A program made the translations under genes and the position numbers. A stretch of DNA of 64,000 bases from the human T2T-CHM13v2.0 reference genome, Homo sapiens, in assembly GCF_009914755.1 (NCBI RefSeq), contig NC_060931.1. One strand, written 5' to 3'. Shown piece by piece: positions 43,147 through 55,460 of the stretch. The notes beneath the pieces are model-generated. The model ran no database searches, was not told the origin of the DNA, and saw nothing but the letters and a program-made list of their open reading frames with translations. How positions within the stretch are numbered: the stretch's first letter is position 1; the number at the start of each line of letters is the position of its first letter.

Positions 43147-45684
43147 ATATTAGATAGTTGTAAGTAATGTTTCAGAAGTTGTTGGTATATGGAGTCCCTG
43201 AAATTAGAAGCAAGATTTAAGAGTTCTGGGGAAGATCTTATTTTAATCAACTCTATCTCACTTAAATGGATTAATTTTAAAAAGGCAGGAGAAAGGTTTA
43301 TTGAATGCTCTAGAGAGAGTGACTTGCACTAATCCTTTGCTTCATTCAATACAATTCTCATCCTTTATTAAAAGCAGAATAGCCTCATGGTTTGCTTGTC
43401 CTCCAGATAGGAGTGGCTTGTATATGATTGATGTTTCTTGGGATCATGAATATAGGGCTTGCTCCCGCTCTAGGGCTAAACATTAGAAGACCAAATGGCT
43501 TGGCTTGTGTGGTCTTAGGTTTCTTCCAAATAGGAAGAGTGTGCTAACAGCTCTAGTCTCAATTCACGACCAGGCTCCTACATTTAGGCTCCTTGCTCCC
43601 TTGGTGTTATGAATCTGAAAGATAATGCATCTCCCTCAAAGTTATGTGAGAAGTGAAACCTTTTACTGAATAATTTTTTTTCTTAAAGAAGAAGAGATCT
43701 GTTATTGACTTGGCTGTTTTATCTTACTTATGCAGTCTAGACTTAGTAATATTCTTAACTGACACTTTTTTTTTGGTGGAGCAGTATGGATTTATCTTTA
43801 GTTTCCTCTAGTAGTATCAAAAGCTAACATCTAAATGTAAAGATATTAAATATGACTCAATTTCTTTTTTTTCCAAGGAAAGATGTCACAGTATTATTTT
43901 GGAAATTCTCTATATCGTTTGTGAGAAAGCCTATAGAAATGTTTACCACATAACAATTCAATCAATACTATTTCTGTGTTCCTCATGACAAGTGTTCTTA
44001 ATTCATAGTGAATTTCTCTCAGTTTCAAGGTCTAAGGTAAAGACCATGTCCTTGGAGAAAAAAACATGCTATAGTCAAACTATCACTATTAAAACAATTT
44101 GTTAGACCAGCTGAAAATTTTTATTAATTCACCTTTATAAGTATATATTAAGTCATTGTATTTTTGTCTTAATAATACTTGAAGTAAAGATAGTTGATTT
44201 CCTACATAACCTATTTAAGAAACAGATGGGTTCTATTATTAGTGGATTGTAATAATAAGAAAAAAACCCACTCATCACTTTGAAAACTAAAAATCAATCC
44301 TGAATATTGAACTAAAAATTAATAAAATGTGATATTCATTAGAAAATATTTTTTTACTTTGAAACTACAAATAGTCTATGTAAATTTCTTCTTACACATA
44401 TGGAATATTGAAAAAACAAGCAAAACTTATGACTATATTCAGGAGCTTTCACTTGTGATTAATAACAAAACAGTATTTTAATAAATAAAATATTTATGTA
44501 TTAAGGTAAAATAGACTTGAATATATAGATAATCCAGCTTCACTGGCACTAGTGTTATATTTTAAAGTAATATTAAAGATAAAACATTTATGTTTAAGCC
44601 AAATGCCAGAAAGCATCATATAAATTATTTTTTATTATAAACATTTTGACATCACAAGCTTAGAGTAGAAATTCTTTTTCTATTCATCATTTCCATTCCT
44701 TTCCTAGGATGAACACTTTATATTTTTCATTACATTTGTGTAAGAAATTCTCAGACTATTCATTCATAGCAGGTATAACCTAACAAGAAAAACGTCATGA
44801 ATCAAATGCATGATGACCTCAGGCTGCAGCTTGTCTTGTGTTACTGTCTTCTGAGGGAGAACAAATCCAAGCATCTTAACTAGATTTATAGACTTCTGTT
44901 GACTCACCACGGGGATGTTTTAGAAGGTCTCAGAGTATGGTGGTTTTGTGATAACCAGCTAAAGAAGTTATGGCCTGTCACAATTTGTGCTTTAAGTAAA
45001 CTCCAATTTGTTGTGTGTATATCAAGAGCAATACTTTAATACTTGATAGCAGTATGAAACATTGTAGGTACACTCACCACTTCTCTAATCTCTAGATTGG
45101 AGCATCATCTCTTTTCTAGTTTCTAGAACCATTGAATGAACACATCAAGAATCTCTGGTGTTTAAAACTCAGATGTTGTGGTGCATGCAAAGAATTGGAC
45201 ACTTGAACCGCTTATGGTCTACTTGAGGAAATGTGCTAGGTTATTTTGGTAGCTAGAAACAGACCCAGGTTATCTTGAATTGTAAAACTGTGGTTATATT
45301 GCATATGAGAATGAGGACAAGAATGTTGTACAGAAATAAACCAGAGATCATAGACCCTAGAAAGTAGTTGAGGCTCCAAGAAAATCTAAGAAGCTTTAGC
45401 GTTCATCAGTAGGAGAGCTTCCATTTCCTGCACTGAGGAATATACTCTTCCTCATTTCTGCTTCTACTACAATCATTTGCTTCACTCTCTATTATAAAAA
45501 CATCTTTTATCTATTTCAGTTTTGGCTTAATTTTAACATACACATAATCATATTTTTACTTGTGGCCCACTATGATACTGATATTTCATGACCTCTCTTT
45601 CTGTGCATATTTTCAGCTCCTCTTATCAGCTCTTTAAGTTCTTCTATAGCTCATGCTTAGATTACCAAGAGAGGGAGAATCTGA

Positions 45685-46860
45685 ATTACCATATAATCCA
45701 AGAATTTGACTTCTGGGTATATATGCAAAAAAACTGAAATAGAAATGTTGAAGACATCTCCATGTTCATTTCTGCATTATTCACAATAGCCAAGATATGG
45801 AAGAAATGTTAGTATCCATCAATGGATGACTGAATAAAGATGTTGTCTTACATACACACAGTGGGATACTATGCAACCTTAAAAAAGAAGGAAAGACTGT
45901 CATTTGCAGGAACATAGATGGAGCTGTAGGACACTCTCCTTAGTAATATTCTTAGTAAAATAAACTATGCATAGAAGAAATACTGTATTTTGTCACTTAC
46001 ACGTGTGATACAGTCTTTCTGCTCCTTAGCTCAGCTAGGTCCAAGTTCTTTTCTCATGAACAGGAAGAATTAGGCACACGGACACTGGAGAGTGAGTGGA
46101 GTAGAATTTATTAAGTTAAAGGAAAACTCTCAGCAGAGCGGGGATACAGGGGGTGGTTCCCCTACCCGAAGGCAGGAAGGCTTTTCCTGTGTGGCTGGGG
46201 CCTCTTATGGACTTAGAATGGGGAGTGTGTGCTGACTGGATTGTGAGTATGGAAAAAAGATTGAAGCGAAGACACTACTCAAAGGTGGGCATGGCAGTGT
46301 AGAAAACCAATTAGGAAAGGGTAGGTGTACGTAAAATAGGTGAAGGATGGGGAACAATCAGAGGAAAGCATGCCAAACGGGAAGAAAACTTCTCAATCTG
46401 GTCTGAGGATTTAACTTGTAGCTGGGCTTTCAGGCTTTAAACTGTCTTCAGCTTGGAGGTAGGGTTTCACTACAGACCCACCCCTATCTGCATAGGCGTT
46501 TGGCTGCTTCCTGTCTCTCTCATGTGGGATCCAAAAAGTCACTCATAGAATCAGATAATAAAGTGGAGGAATGAATCAGGGAGGGGTGAGGATGGCGGGA
46601 TGTAGATCAAAGAGTACAAACTTTCAGTTAGACTGGAGGAATACATTTTACTAATCGATTGCACTGCATGTTAACCGAAAGTTAATAAAAATGTATTGTA
46701 TATTTCAAAATTGCTAAAAGAATAGATTTTTAACATTTTCACCATAAAAAAATTTGGTTAGGTGATGGATATGTCAGTATGACAGAATGTTTCTACAATG
46801 TACACATAGATGAAAACATCACATTGTACTCCATAAGCATAAACTAATTTTATAAAAAGA
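45685..46860 (+). mobile_element. L1MA 3' fragment (ORF2 end and 3'UTR), split by an LTR
   Basis: ttaccatataatcc...ttattcacaatagccaagatatgg; after the LTR gtacaaactttcagttagac...catcacattgtac. Confidence 0.85.
46006..46522 (-). mobile_element. ERV1 solo LTR (LTR29/MER50-related)
   Basis: TG...CA ends; TSD cgtg/tgtg; shares aaaccaattagg...aggaaagcatgccaaa with the LTR at 42256. Confidence 0.85.
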
Positions 46861-46869
46861 CAAACAAGA

Positions 46870-47260
46870 AATCAAGGATTATAACTTACAGCTCTGAAAA
46901 AAAGCAGCCAAAAATTGAAGAAACTACTGAAAAAATGCTAAGCACAGTGGATAAAAAAATGCAAATCTGAAGCTATTTTTCTTAAATTTCAGAGTTCTAA
47001 GGATGAATAGAAGACTATTGATTTTCTAGAAGGCCAAATTAGGCCACTACCAAAGAAATACATACTGGAATGGGATCAGATTTGTCATTAGCAACACTAG
47101 ATGCTGAAGACAACTGAGAAAGTCTTTCAGAGTTTAGAGGGAAAATAATTTTTAACTTAGAATTTTAAGCCTAGCAAAACTGCAATCAAATGTGAACAAA
47201 GAACACAATTATACTCAGACATCTAAGTATTTGGAATACTTACACACCATACAGTCCTCC
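46870..47260 (+). mobile_element. HAL1 or L1ME ORF1-like fragment
   Basis: atcagatttgtcattagcaacactagatgc...gaaaataatttttaacttagaatttt...gcaaaactgcaatcaa. Confidence 0.55.
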
Positions 47261-47329
47261 CCTTCTTTCTTTAAGTTACTGAGTATGAACTCTGGCAAAC
47301 ACAATTATAAATCAAAAAGTACCACAATC

Positions 47330-50100
47330 AGTTTTCCACTTGGGGATATAGAGAGATGAAAAAAGTGTTCCTACTATCTTTTTAATCATCACCACCATCA
47401 TCTTCCAATGGACAAACAGTAAGTTTATGACTTAGGAGTGCTGAGATTACAGAGAAACCAACTGCCTGACAATTTAAAGAGATACTCCTGACTTCAGGGA
47501 TGGAAAGTTCATGAGCATTGGTTTACTGGGAAAGATATAGCCAGATATAGGAAAGAAGAGTTTAACTAGAAAGAGTGGTAAAATGCTGGGGGCTAATCAA
47601 GGCTGTACTAATGAGAGAGGACATTTCATCCTATTGCATGTTTTTTTTTCACTCCATGAATCCTGCTGGGACTCAAAGCAAAGATTTGGACAACTTTAAA
47701 AAGTCTCCCTTATGGTAAAAATCTGGGTGGGGAAGAGTAGATACTGTGTAGAAGGGGCACTAAACTCTATCAGAGCACTTTTCTTCGAACTCTGTAGGAC
47801 AGGAGGCTTAATCTATGGGGACAGGGAAAATAAAACACTTTTGCTATTAAGACACTTGTGAAAACAGAATGCAGTTGAGGAAGAGAACTAGAAAAACCTG
47901 TCTCTGGTGAAGGGGCAGGGAAATACTTAAATTACCAACAGGGCAAACATATTGAGGTAAGGGACATTGCATCTGGATAAAACAAGTTTAATTTTAACAA
48001 AAAAGACTACCTTGAACTCCTTACCACCAGGCTAAGAAGTGTTAAGTAGCAATTAGTTTGCATGATACACTCTGAGGTGAGCAGAGTGATGACTAATAGC
48101 TGAGGGTGAGCCAGACATTGAAAAACAAAACCAAACAAATTAGACGCTGTTTTTTTAAAGATATTTCTAGAAAAATTTAAAGACTGTGTGCAATGACGGT
48201 AACCATTGGAGAAACAAACCTCAAACAGTCCATCTCCTAATTATATTACCTGAAGCTCCGGCATTAAAGGCATAGCAGAGGAAAAAATATGCCCAGTTTC
48301 AGGGATAAAAAGTTGGTTACCTCAGTCTCTATTGTCCTGCATAAGATACCTGACAAATTTGCAAAGCATATGAAAAAACAAGAAAAAAATTGCATCAGAA
48401 GAAGGAAAACCACTGTAAAAATTGAACTCAGATGTGATACAGATATTTGGATTATTTTAAAGAAAATTTAAAATAACTATAATTAATATGTTAAACACTG
48501 TAATGATGGTGTTATATCAATTATCAGGTGATTAATTTCAGTAGAGAAATGAAAACTAGAAGAAATAATAGAAATGCTAGAAATGAAAAACAGTAAGGAG
48601 ATGAAGAATGTCTTTTAAAGGTTCATTAGGAAAATCAAGACAGACAAGGAAAGAATCAGTGAACTTGAAATTAGGCCTATAAAAAGTTATTCAAACACAA
48701 ACATAAAATGTGGAAAGAAGCAAAAAAACTAAACCCAAAACTCCAAACAGCATTCCTGTAAGTTCGGACAGTATCAAATGACCTACTATATACATGATTA
48801 GAATTTGAGAAGGAAAATAGAGAAAGAGAACAAGAAAAAATGATATTTGAAGAACTACTGGCTGGGTTTTAAAAAAAGCCTATTAATGATAGGCATCAAA
48901 TGATACATCAAAAAGATTAGATTGTAGACAGAGAAATCTTCAACAAAATATTATCAGATAGAATCCAGCAATATAAAAAAGAGATACAACCAAGGGCAGT
49001 TCATCCAATAGATGCAAGACTGGTTCTGTATTTTAAAATCAAAGCATATACATGATGAGGCACACACATATAGATATATATGTGACAAAACCCAAACTGA
49101 GGAACTTTTTACAAAATACCTGACAGTTAAGCTTTAAGTAAGTCAAAGTTATAAAATACAAGGAAGCCTTAGGAGCTATAATAGGTTAAAAGAGAACTAT
49201 GGAAGCTGAAAGCAATGCTGGATTCTGGATACTGGAACAGAAAAAGAATGTTAGTGGGAAAACTGGTGAAATCTAAATAAAATCCACAATTTAGTAAATA
49301 CTGTTCATAATGGTTAATTTAAAAAAATAACTGTATGGGTACAGGAATCTTTGCTTCTGATATTTTAATGCATCCATCACCTGAGTAGTTTTATGCAGTT
49401 GTGATGGTTAAACTGGGCTAAGGAATGTTCAGATAGCTGGTAAAAACATTTCTGGGTTGAGTCAGTGTACCAAGTAAAGATCCACCATCATCGATGTGGG
49501 CAGTCATCTCTCAAACCATTGAAGGTCCAAATAAAACACAAAGGCAGAGAGGAAGGGTGAATCCTCTCTCTTTTTGAGCTGGGATATCCATGTTCTCCTG
49601 CCCATGGACAGCTGAACTGGTCCTTACGCCTTTGAACCCTGGGACCTGCATCAGCAGATTTATCAGACCTACTGCCTCGGACTGAGAGTTACACCATTGC
49701 CTCCCCTGGTTCTCAGGATTTTGGATTTAGACTGAATTATGCCACTGGCATTTCTGGTTCTCCAGCTTGCAGGTGGCATTTTGTAAGACTTGTCAGCATC
49801 CATAATAACGTGAGCCAATTCCCATAAGTCCCCTCTTACATAACTCTACATATCCTATTGGTTCTGCTTCTCTGGAGAACCCTGAGTAATACAGTATTGT
49901 ACCAATGTCAATTTTAAAATTTTTATCCTTGCATGGGATTATGTAAAATGCTAACATTAGAGGATTATAGGTGAAGGATATATGGGAACTCTGCACTATA
50001 TTTGCAACTCTTTTCTAAGTCTAAAATGTTTAAATATAAAAATCTAATTGCATGTAAAATTGCATGTCAATTATACCTTAAAAGAGCTGTCAAAATTTTT
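47330..50100 (+). mobile_element. L1MC/MD-type pieces (5'UTR, ORF1, short ORF2, 3'UTR), split by MLT2
   Basis: ORF1-like gaaagaatcagtgaacttgaa; ORF2-like cttcaacaaaatattatcag...atccagcaa; 3'UTR ggattctggatactggaacagaaaaag and tatatgggaactctgcactat. Confidence 0.65.
49400..49893 (+). mobile_element. MLT2B-type ERVL solo LTR
   Basis: tgtgatggttaa start; tatcctattggttctgcttctctggagaaccctgagtaataca end. Confidence 0.88.
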
Positions 50101-50927
50101 AAAACTTGAAAAGGACTATAAGCTTTCTGGGAAATAACTAGATGAGTTAATACAAGTACCAGGAAACTCAGACCCAATTAGGAGATCAGAAGATCTGGGT
50201 AGAGAGTTCTCCAGGGATAAAAGGAGATTTAATAGAATATAGAATGATTGAGAGCTTAGAAAAAAATTCAGAGATGATAAAGACATAAGACAAGGATAGT
50301 CCATTTAAACTTCATGCTAAAACTTTCTCTTTTGTGGAGCACAAGTGTCATAGTCTTGGACCTATATAGTAGGAAATATAATTTTAGCACTTTTCTTTGA
50401 TAGGGAGAAAATTTATGTACTTATCAGTCTCCACCTGACTGACCCTTGCTGGCAACATCAGCTTATCAAATGAGAAGTCAAGGGGTTGTGGTTTTCAGAA
50501 TAAGAAATGTAGGTTTACATATCTTGTTTGAATTTGCATACTCAATTAATCAGAGCAGTGACAAAACAATATTAGCAGAAGAAGTAGATGAAAGTATGGG
50601 GAAGATCATCCTTATTTATCATATTAGAAACTCAATAGCAGAAACTCAATAGCCTATATATGAAAGCCAACTACACAATAAAATTTAGATACAAAACTGT
50701 TTAGGAAAGAGAAGTTAACCACCTAAAGAACTAGAAAAGATAAAGAAAAGTTTGAAAAAATGATGAAGAATGTGAATTGGATAATTAAGGAAAGGGGAAG
50801 TTTGAGACAGTAACTTGTAGTTCTTTCTATGATCTTTTCATGACCTTTAACCACATATTTCCATGTTATTATATTTTTTGAAATGTTCTGTCAATATAAT
50901 TATAACCTATTAGAGCCATTAAAACAG

Positions 50928-51025
50928 GTGTGTGTGTGTGTATTCTCTTTTCTTTCATATATATGTGTAGGTATACATACACATATATGTATAAATGTAC
51001 ATATATATACACACACATATATATG
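50928..51025. repeat. Degenerate (TG)/(TA)/(CA) simple repeat
   Basis: gtgtgtgtgtgtg followed by mixed atat/acac. Confidence 0.75.
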
Positions 51026-52164
51026 AAATGGAATAATATACATTCCATATTATAAATTATCAAATATAAAGCTAATTCACCAGTAATTATTTCTAGCAAT
51101 AGATTCAGGGATTCAAGTGATAGCTGTATTCAAGTTAATTATTTAAGAAATGACTTTTTTCCCCTAGACTCAAAGCAACACATTGGTAGCATATTTTCTT
51201 ATATTGAAAATCACCCATCTTCCATGTCTAGTGCTTAATTGAACACAACTAAGCAAGTTCATTTAATTGAAAGTCCCTTGAAAATCACTTGTTTTATTGA
51301 ACCCTCATAAGTTTATAATTGAAAAATAATGCAGATGAGTGATTCTTTTAGAAGTAGATTCTAGTGAACAAATGTTGGGATCATTTGACATCGAGGCTGA
51401 GAGTGTGATTATTTTGGTATACTATGCACTCATATCAACAAAAAAGTTAATTTACATTATAGTATTGAATAATTGATTAAGAAAGAAGTTTACATAATTT
51501 TTATCCTAAATAGTTTCAGGTCAAATACTGTTCACATTTTCTTGATCACTCAGCAAATGATATTTTTAGGAAAGAAGTCAATGATGTTCAGAACTGAATT
51601 TGGATGCTACTTGACAGGATTTCACTATGGACAGAAGATCTTGACAAATATTTTAGTTAACAGTAAGAAAGAAGAATTTGGAACTAAAAACACCCCTCAT
51701 CTAAGTTCTTAAATTAATATGGCTACCAATGATGGAACATTAATGGATCTGCATAATTTACTGGTTGTGAGCCAATCTCTGAAGCCCAGCTGCTGCTGTC
51801 TCTGATGTTTATTCAGAGAGACCAGAGAGACTCCTGCCCAGCTGTCTACAGGTTGGAAACTTTTTTGGCTCTCCCTCAGACTGTCCACTAGATTTCTGGT
51901 GGGATCACTGTATTTCCTTGCCCTGAAGATCACTGCTTGGGTGATGAACTTCAGCAACATCTCTCAATAAAGGTCTAGTAAATCTCCCTCTGGCTTCACT
52001 CATCATGGCTTTGGGTCAGAGACCTTTCCCTTCCACCAGATTTCCAACTGGAAAGAGGAATGGCAACCATGAGGATGGGCTGGGAGCATTTGTAGATGTA
52101 TTTGACTCCTTTCCACCATCCACACGCTCTGGCCTCACTTTTTCCATTTCTTTTCTTTCCAAGA

Positions 52165-52400
52165 GGAGTGATAGCTGGAGCCAGACATGTTCAAATCCCA
52201 ACTCCATTGCTTACTGGGTATGTGTCTATAGAGAAGTGTTTGTCCTTTGCAGTGGTTACTTTCTTTATCTGTAGAGTGTGAATAATAATTGTATTTCTTC
52301 ATAAGGTTCTTGTCATGAGTAAATGAGATTTTACATGTAATGTGCTTGGTTAGTATGGTGTTTGGTGTATAGCTGGCATTTTGTGAATGCTAGTTACTAT
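52165..52400 (+). mobile_element. MIR
   Basis: ggagccagacatgttcaaatccca...ttctttatctgtag...taaatgagat...atgctagttactat. Confidence 0.8.
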
Positions 52401-53734
52401 GATTTTACTTTTTCGTTTTTCCTTCCACTGCCCAAAATACTTAGTGGGATGTAATGTGAGAGAAATAGACATGCAGATCTAAGAGGAAATATTGACAATA
52501 TAAGCCTGAACAATGTGTCCAAAATGAAGCTCTGGGATTAAATAGGTTGCCGGCCTATTCTAAAATTAAAATAACAAAATGCTATACTTCTGTGGCTTAC
52601 CTCTATACTAAAATATATGTTTCTAGATGCGTACTTACAAAATATTCATTATGATGTGGATTATAATTTTTATAGTTATCTGGCAAGATCTGTGAAGAGA
52701 AGGTGATCATATTACCTTGTACTTGAAAATAAAAGCAGAGGATTCTCAATTCTGTTTTGCTTCCTGAGACAGCCAAAATTCTCTTTTATATTTCTTGAGG
52801 AAGTCTTTCTCAATAAAGTTCAATCACTTATCTGTCATTGATCCAGAATAAACTGCTAACTAGCATTCATATAGTTAAATTGTTTTCTGAAATCTGTGAC
52901 GATTTTGTTGAGGCACTATTTGGTAGTGTTATTTTTTTCCCTCCAAGTCGTTTTTGTCAAAATGTGCTTCAATATTCTCTTTGATTGCAACTAAAATGCT
53001 CTCTCAGTTTTCCTAAGATGCTGTCAATGTAATTTTGTAGTAAATAACATTATAATGTCAATGTATGACCAAGAAGGTGATACAATGTCAAGGATACACT
53101 CGGCATGGCTATATCATCAATTCAATGGAAAATGCATATTTATTCAGACCTTAAGATGTCAGAATTGAATCTTGCCCAAGTGTTACATTACAGAGAAAAA
53201 CAAAAAGAAATCAAGCCAGAGAAAACTTGATTAAAATTCTACTGAATAAAGGAAATTTCAGGTTATAGCACTCAAGGTGCCTTCAGATTATAAAATGCTA
53301 TCATATCTCCCATGACAACTGTGGAGGACTCCTCCAACCCAAATTACAATGCTTGATGTTCTGGGACCTGAGGAATTTTATGGAAGTAATTAAAGGATTC
53401 TCCCGCCATGATTTACTGATAGTACTAGAGAACTTCTAATTTCATGAAGGAGGCGAGGTAGTTACAGATGCTCTAATTCCAGGTTCTACCCACTGTGATG
53501 ACCTTCTTCTTCCAGCCTGCTCTTCTATTTTGGTACTGGAAGGATGGAATTGAGATCTTGGACCTAACATAGGCCTCTCTATGTGGAGAAAAGGAGTGCC
53601 TGTGTGCTCTTCTGGTATATATTTAGTTGATTTCTGGATTTCTTTTGTTATAAATTCATTCCTTTGGGTTAAGCTTTTAAAATGTCATTTCTACTGGGAA
53701 GAGTAACACATCAAACTTTGATGAAGTTGATTGA

Positions 53735-53855
53735 AGTGCTCTTCAAACTATGGTCAATGGATGCCATACATCTGAATTCCCTGAGTTGTTGGTAGAAAAA
53801 CAAGATTCTTTTCTGACTCTTTCTCAGATGCCCAGAGTCAGAATATCTGGAGATT
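53735..53855. mobile_element. MER5-type hAT-Charlie fragment
   Basis: agtgctcttcaaact...tctgaattccctgag...gagtcagaatatctgg. Confidence 0.5.
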
Positions 53856-54190
53856 AATAGCTATTTCCTGCCTATAAGAGTGTCCTGAGAAGGCCCAGCC
53901 ACCAAAAGGCATACCTTTTCTCTGGGCTAAGAAATACCTAGCTATTAATCATCCTGGCTCCAAGTCTGGTACTCATTGTTTTTTCTCTGCTTGGTGTATA
54001 CAGTACTGTCTCTCTATCTTGAGCAGTGTCTGCTACTCAGTATTTTTCAAAGATCCTTTGAAAGGGCATTAAGTAGATAAAGATCTTTGTTGCTTCTTTG
54101 CACCAGCTCATTTAATTTCTTGCCCAGGCAGACAGAGAAGAAGCATCCTTACAGCTTCCATATATTTTGTATTTCATTCTTATGAAAAAG

Positions 54191-54323
54191 GAAGGTAACT
54201 ATATAATTTATTGTTTCAATTGGGTTACTCTCAAGAAAGAAAGGGAGTGCTACTAATTGTTATGCTGGGAAATTGGAGAAAATTAAGACTCTCTCAGACA
54301 AGCCTAGATATATGGTCATCTTA
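54191..54323 (+). mobile_element. MER94 (hAT-Blackjack)
   Basis: aggtaactatataatttattgt...gaaagggagtgctactaat...tatggtcatctta matches the recalled MER94 outline, with terminal inverted repeats. Confidence 0.75.
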
Positions 54324-54513
54324 ATTCTACTTACTTAAAACAGTAATAACAATCAAACTTTACCAATGTATTGTAAGTTACCAATCACAGCCTTTTATCA
54401 GTTTTTTTTTATGGAATATTAATGTAATGCCTTTTTAGGAGGGCAATTATAATTTTTCTGGTGTTATCCATTTCCTTCATCTTCCCCCTACTCACAGCTC
54501 ACTTCCTTAAGCC

Positions 54514-54690
54514 TATGGGGTTTTCTACGTGAGGTCCTTGGGCAGAAGCATCAACAGTATCTGGGAACTTGTTGGAAATGAACATTCTTGGCTCCATCCC
54601 TGATGTGCTAATTCAGAAATTTGGGAATATAACCCAGTAATTAGTGCCTCCAAGTGATTTTGATGCACACTAAAGTTTGTGAACTACTAT
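54514..54690. mobile_element. MER5A
   Basis: cagtatctgggaacttgttggaaatg...ctccaagtgattttgatgcacactaaagtttgtgaactac. Confidence 0.8.
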
Positions 54691-55460
54691 CTAGGACTTC
54701 CAGAATTCTTTTCGTTCTGTCCAATTCTCCCCTCACCTTTAATTCTCTCTCTTTTTCCCTTTTGTATAATTGAACTTGTGATATTATTAGTTCTGTTTTT
54801 CTTTTATTTTCTTTTTAATTTTTGTGAATATAGAGTAGGTGTATGCATTTGTGGGGTACATGAGATGTTTTGATACAGGCATGCAATGTGAAATAATCAC
54901 ATTATGGAAAATGGGGGATCCATCCCCATAAGCATTTATCCCTCATGTTACAATCTAATTACACTCCTTTAGTTATTTTAAAATGCACAATTAAGTTATA
55001 ATTGACTATAGTCACCCTGTTTTGCTATCAAATAGTAGGTCTTATTCATTCTTTCTATTTGTTTTTGTACTCATAAACCCACCTCCCTCAGAGTCCCTCA
55101 CTACCTTTCCCAGCCTATGGTAACCATCCTTCTACTTTCTGTGTCCGTGAGCTCAGTTGTTCTAATTTTTAGATCCCACAAATAAGTGAGAATATGCAAT
55201 GTTTGTCTTTCTGTGACTGGATTATTTCACTCCACATAATGATCTCCAGTTCCATCTATGTTTTTGCAAATGACAGGATCTCATTCTTTTTTATGGCTGA
55301 ATAGTAAACCATTGTGTATATGTACCACATTTTCTTTATCCATTTATCTGATGATGGACACTTCGGTTGCTTCCAAATCTTGGCTATTGTGAACAGTGCT
55401 GCAACAAATATGGGAGTGCAGATATCTCTTCAATATACTGCTTTCCTTTCTTTTGGGTAT

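Noticed and set aside
45240-45684. Possible very old MLT1 (K/L-type) LTR
   Set aside because: Only two weak landmarks; cannot be supported without an alignment
42256-46522. Two related same-strand LTRs 2.9 kb apart as the ends of one provirus
   Set aside because: Different lengths (891 vs 517 bp), each has its own TSD (atat; cgtg/tgtg), the second sits inside an L1MA, and no gag/pol sequence lies between them
50626-50653. Perfect 14-bp tandem duplication (agaaactcaatagc x2)
   Set aside because: Ordinary slippage duplication with no further structure
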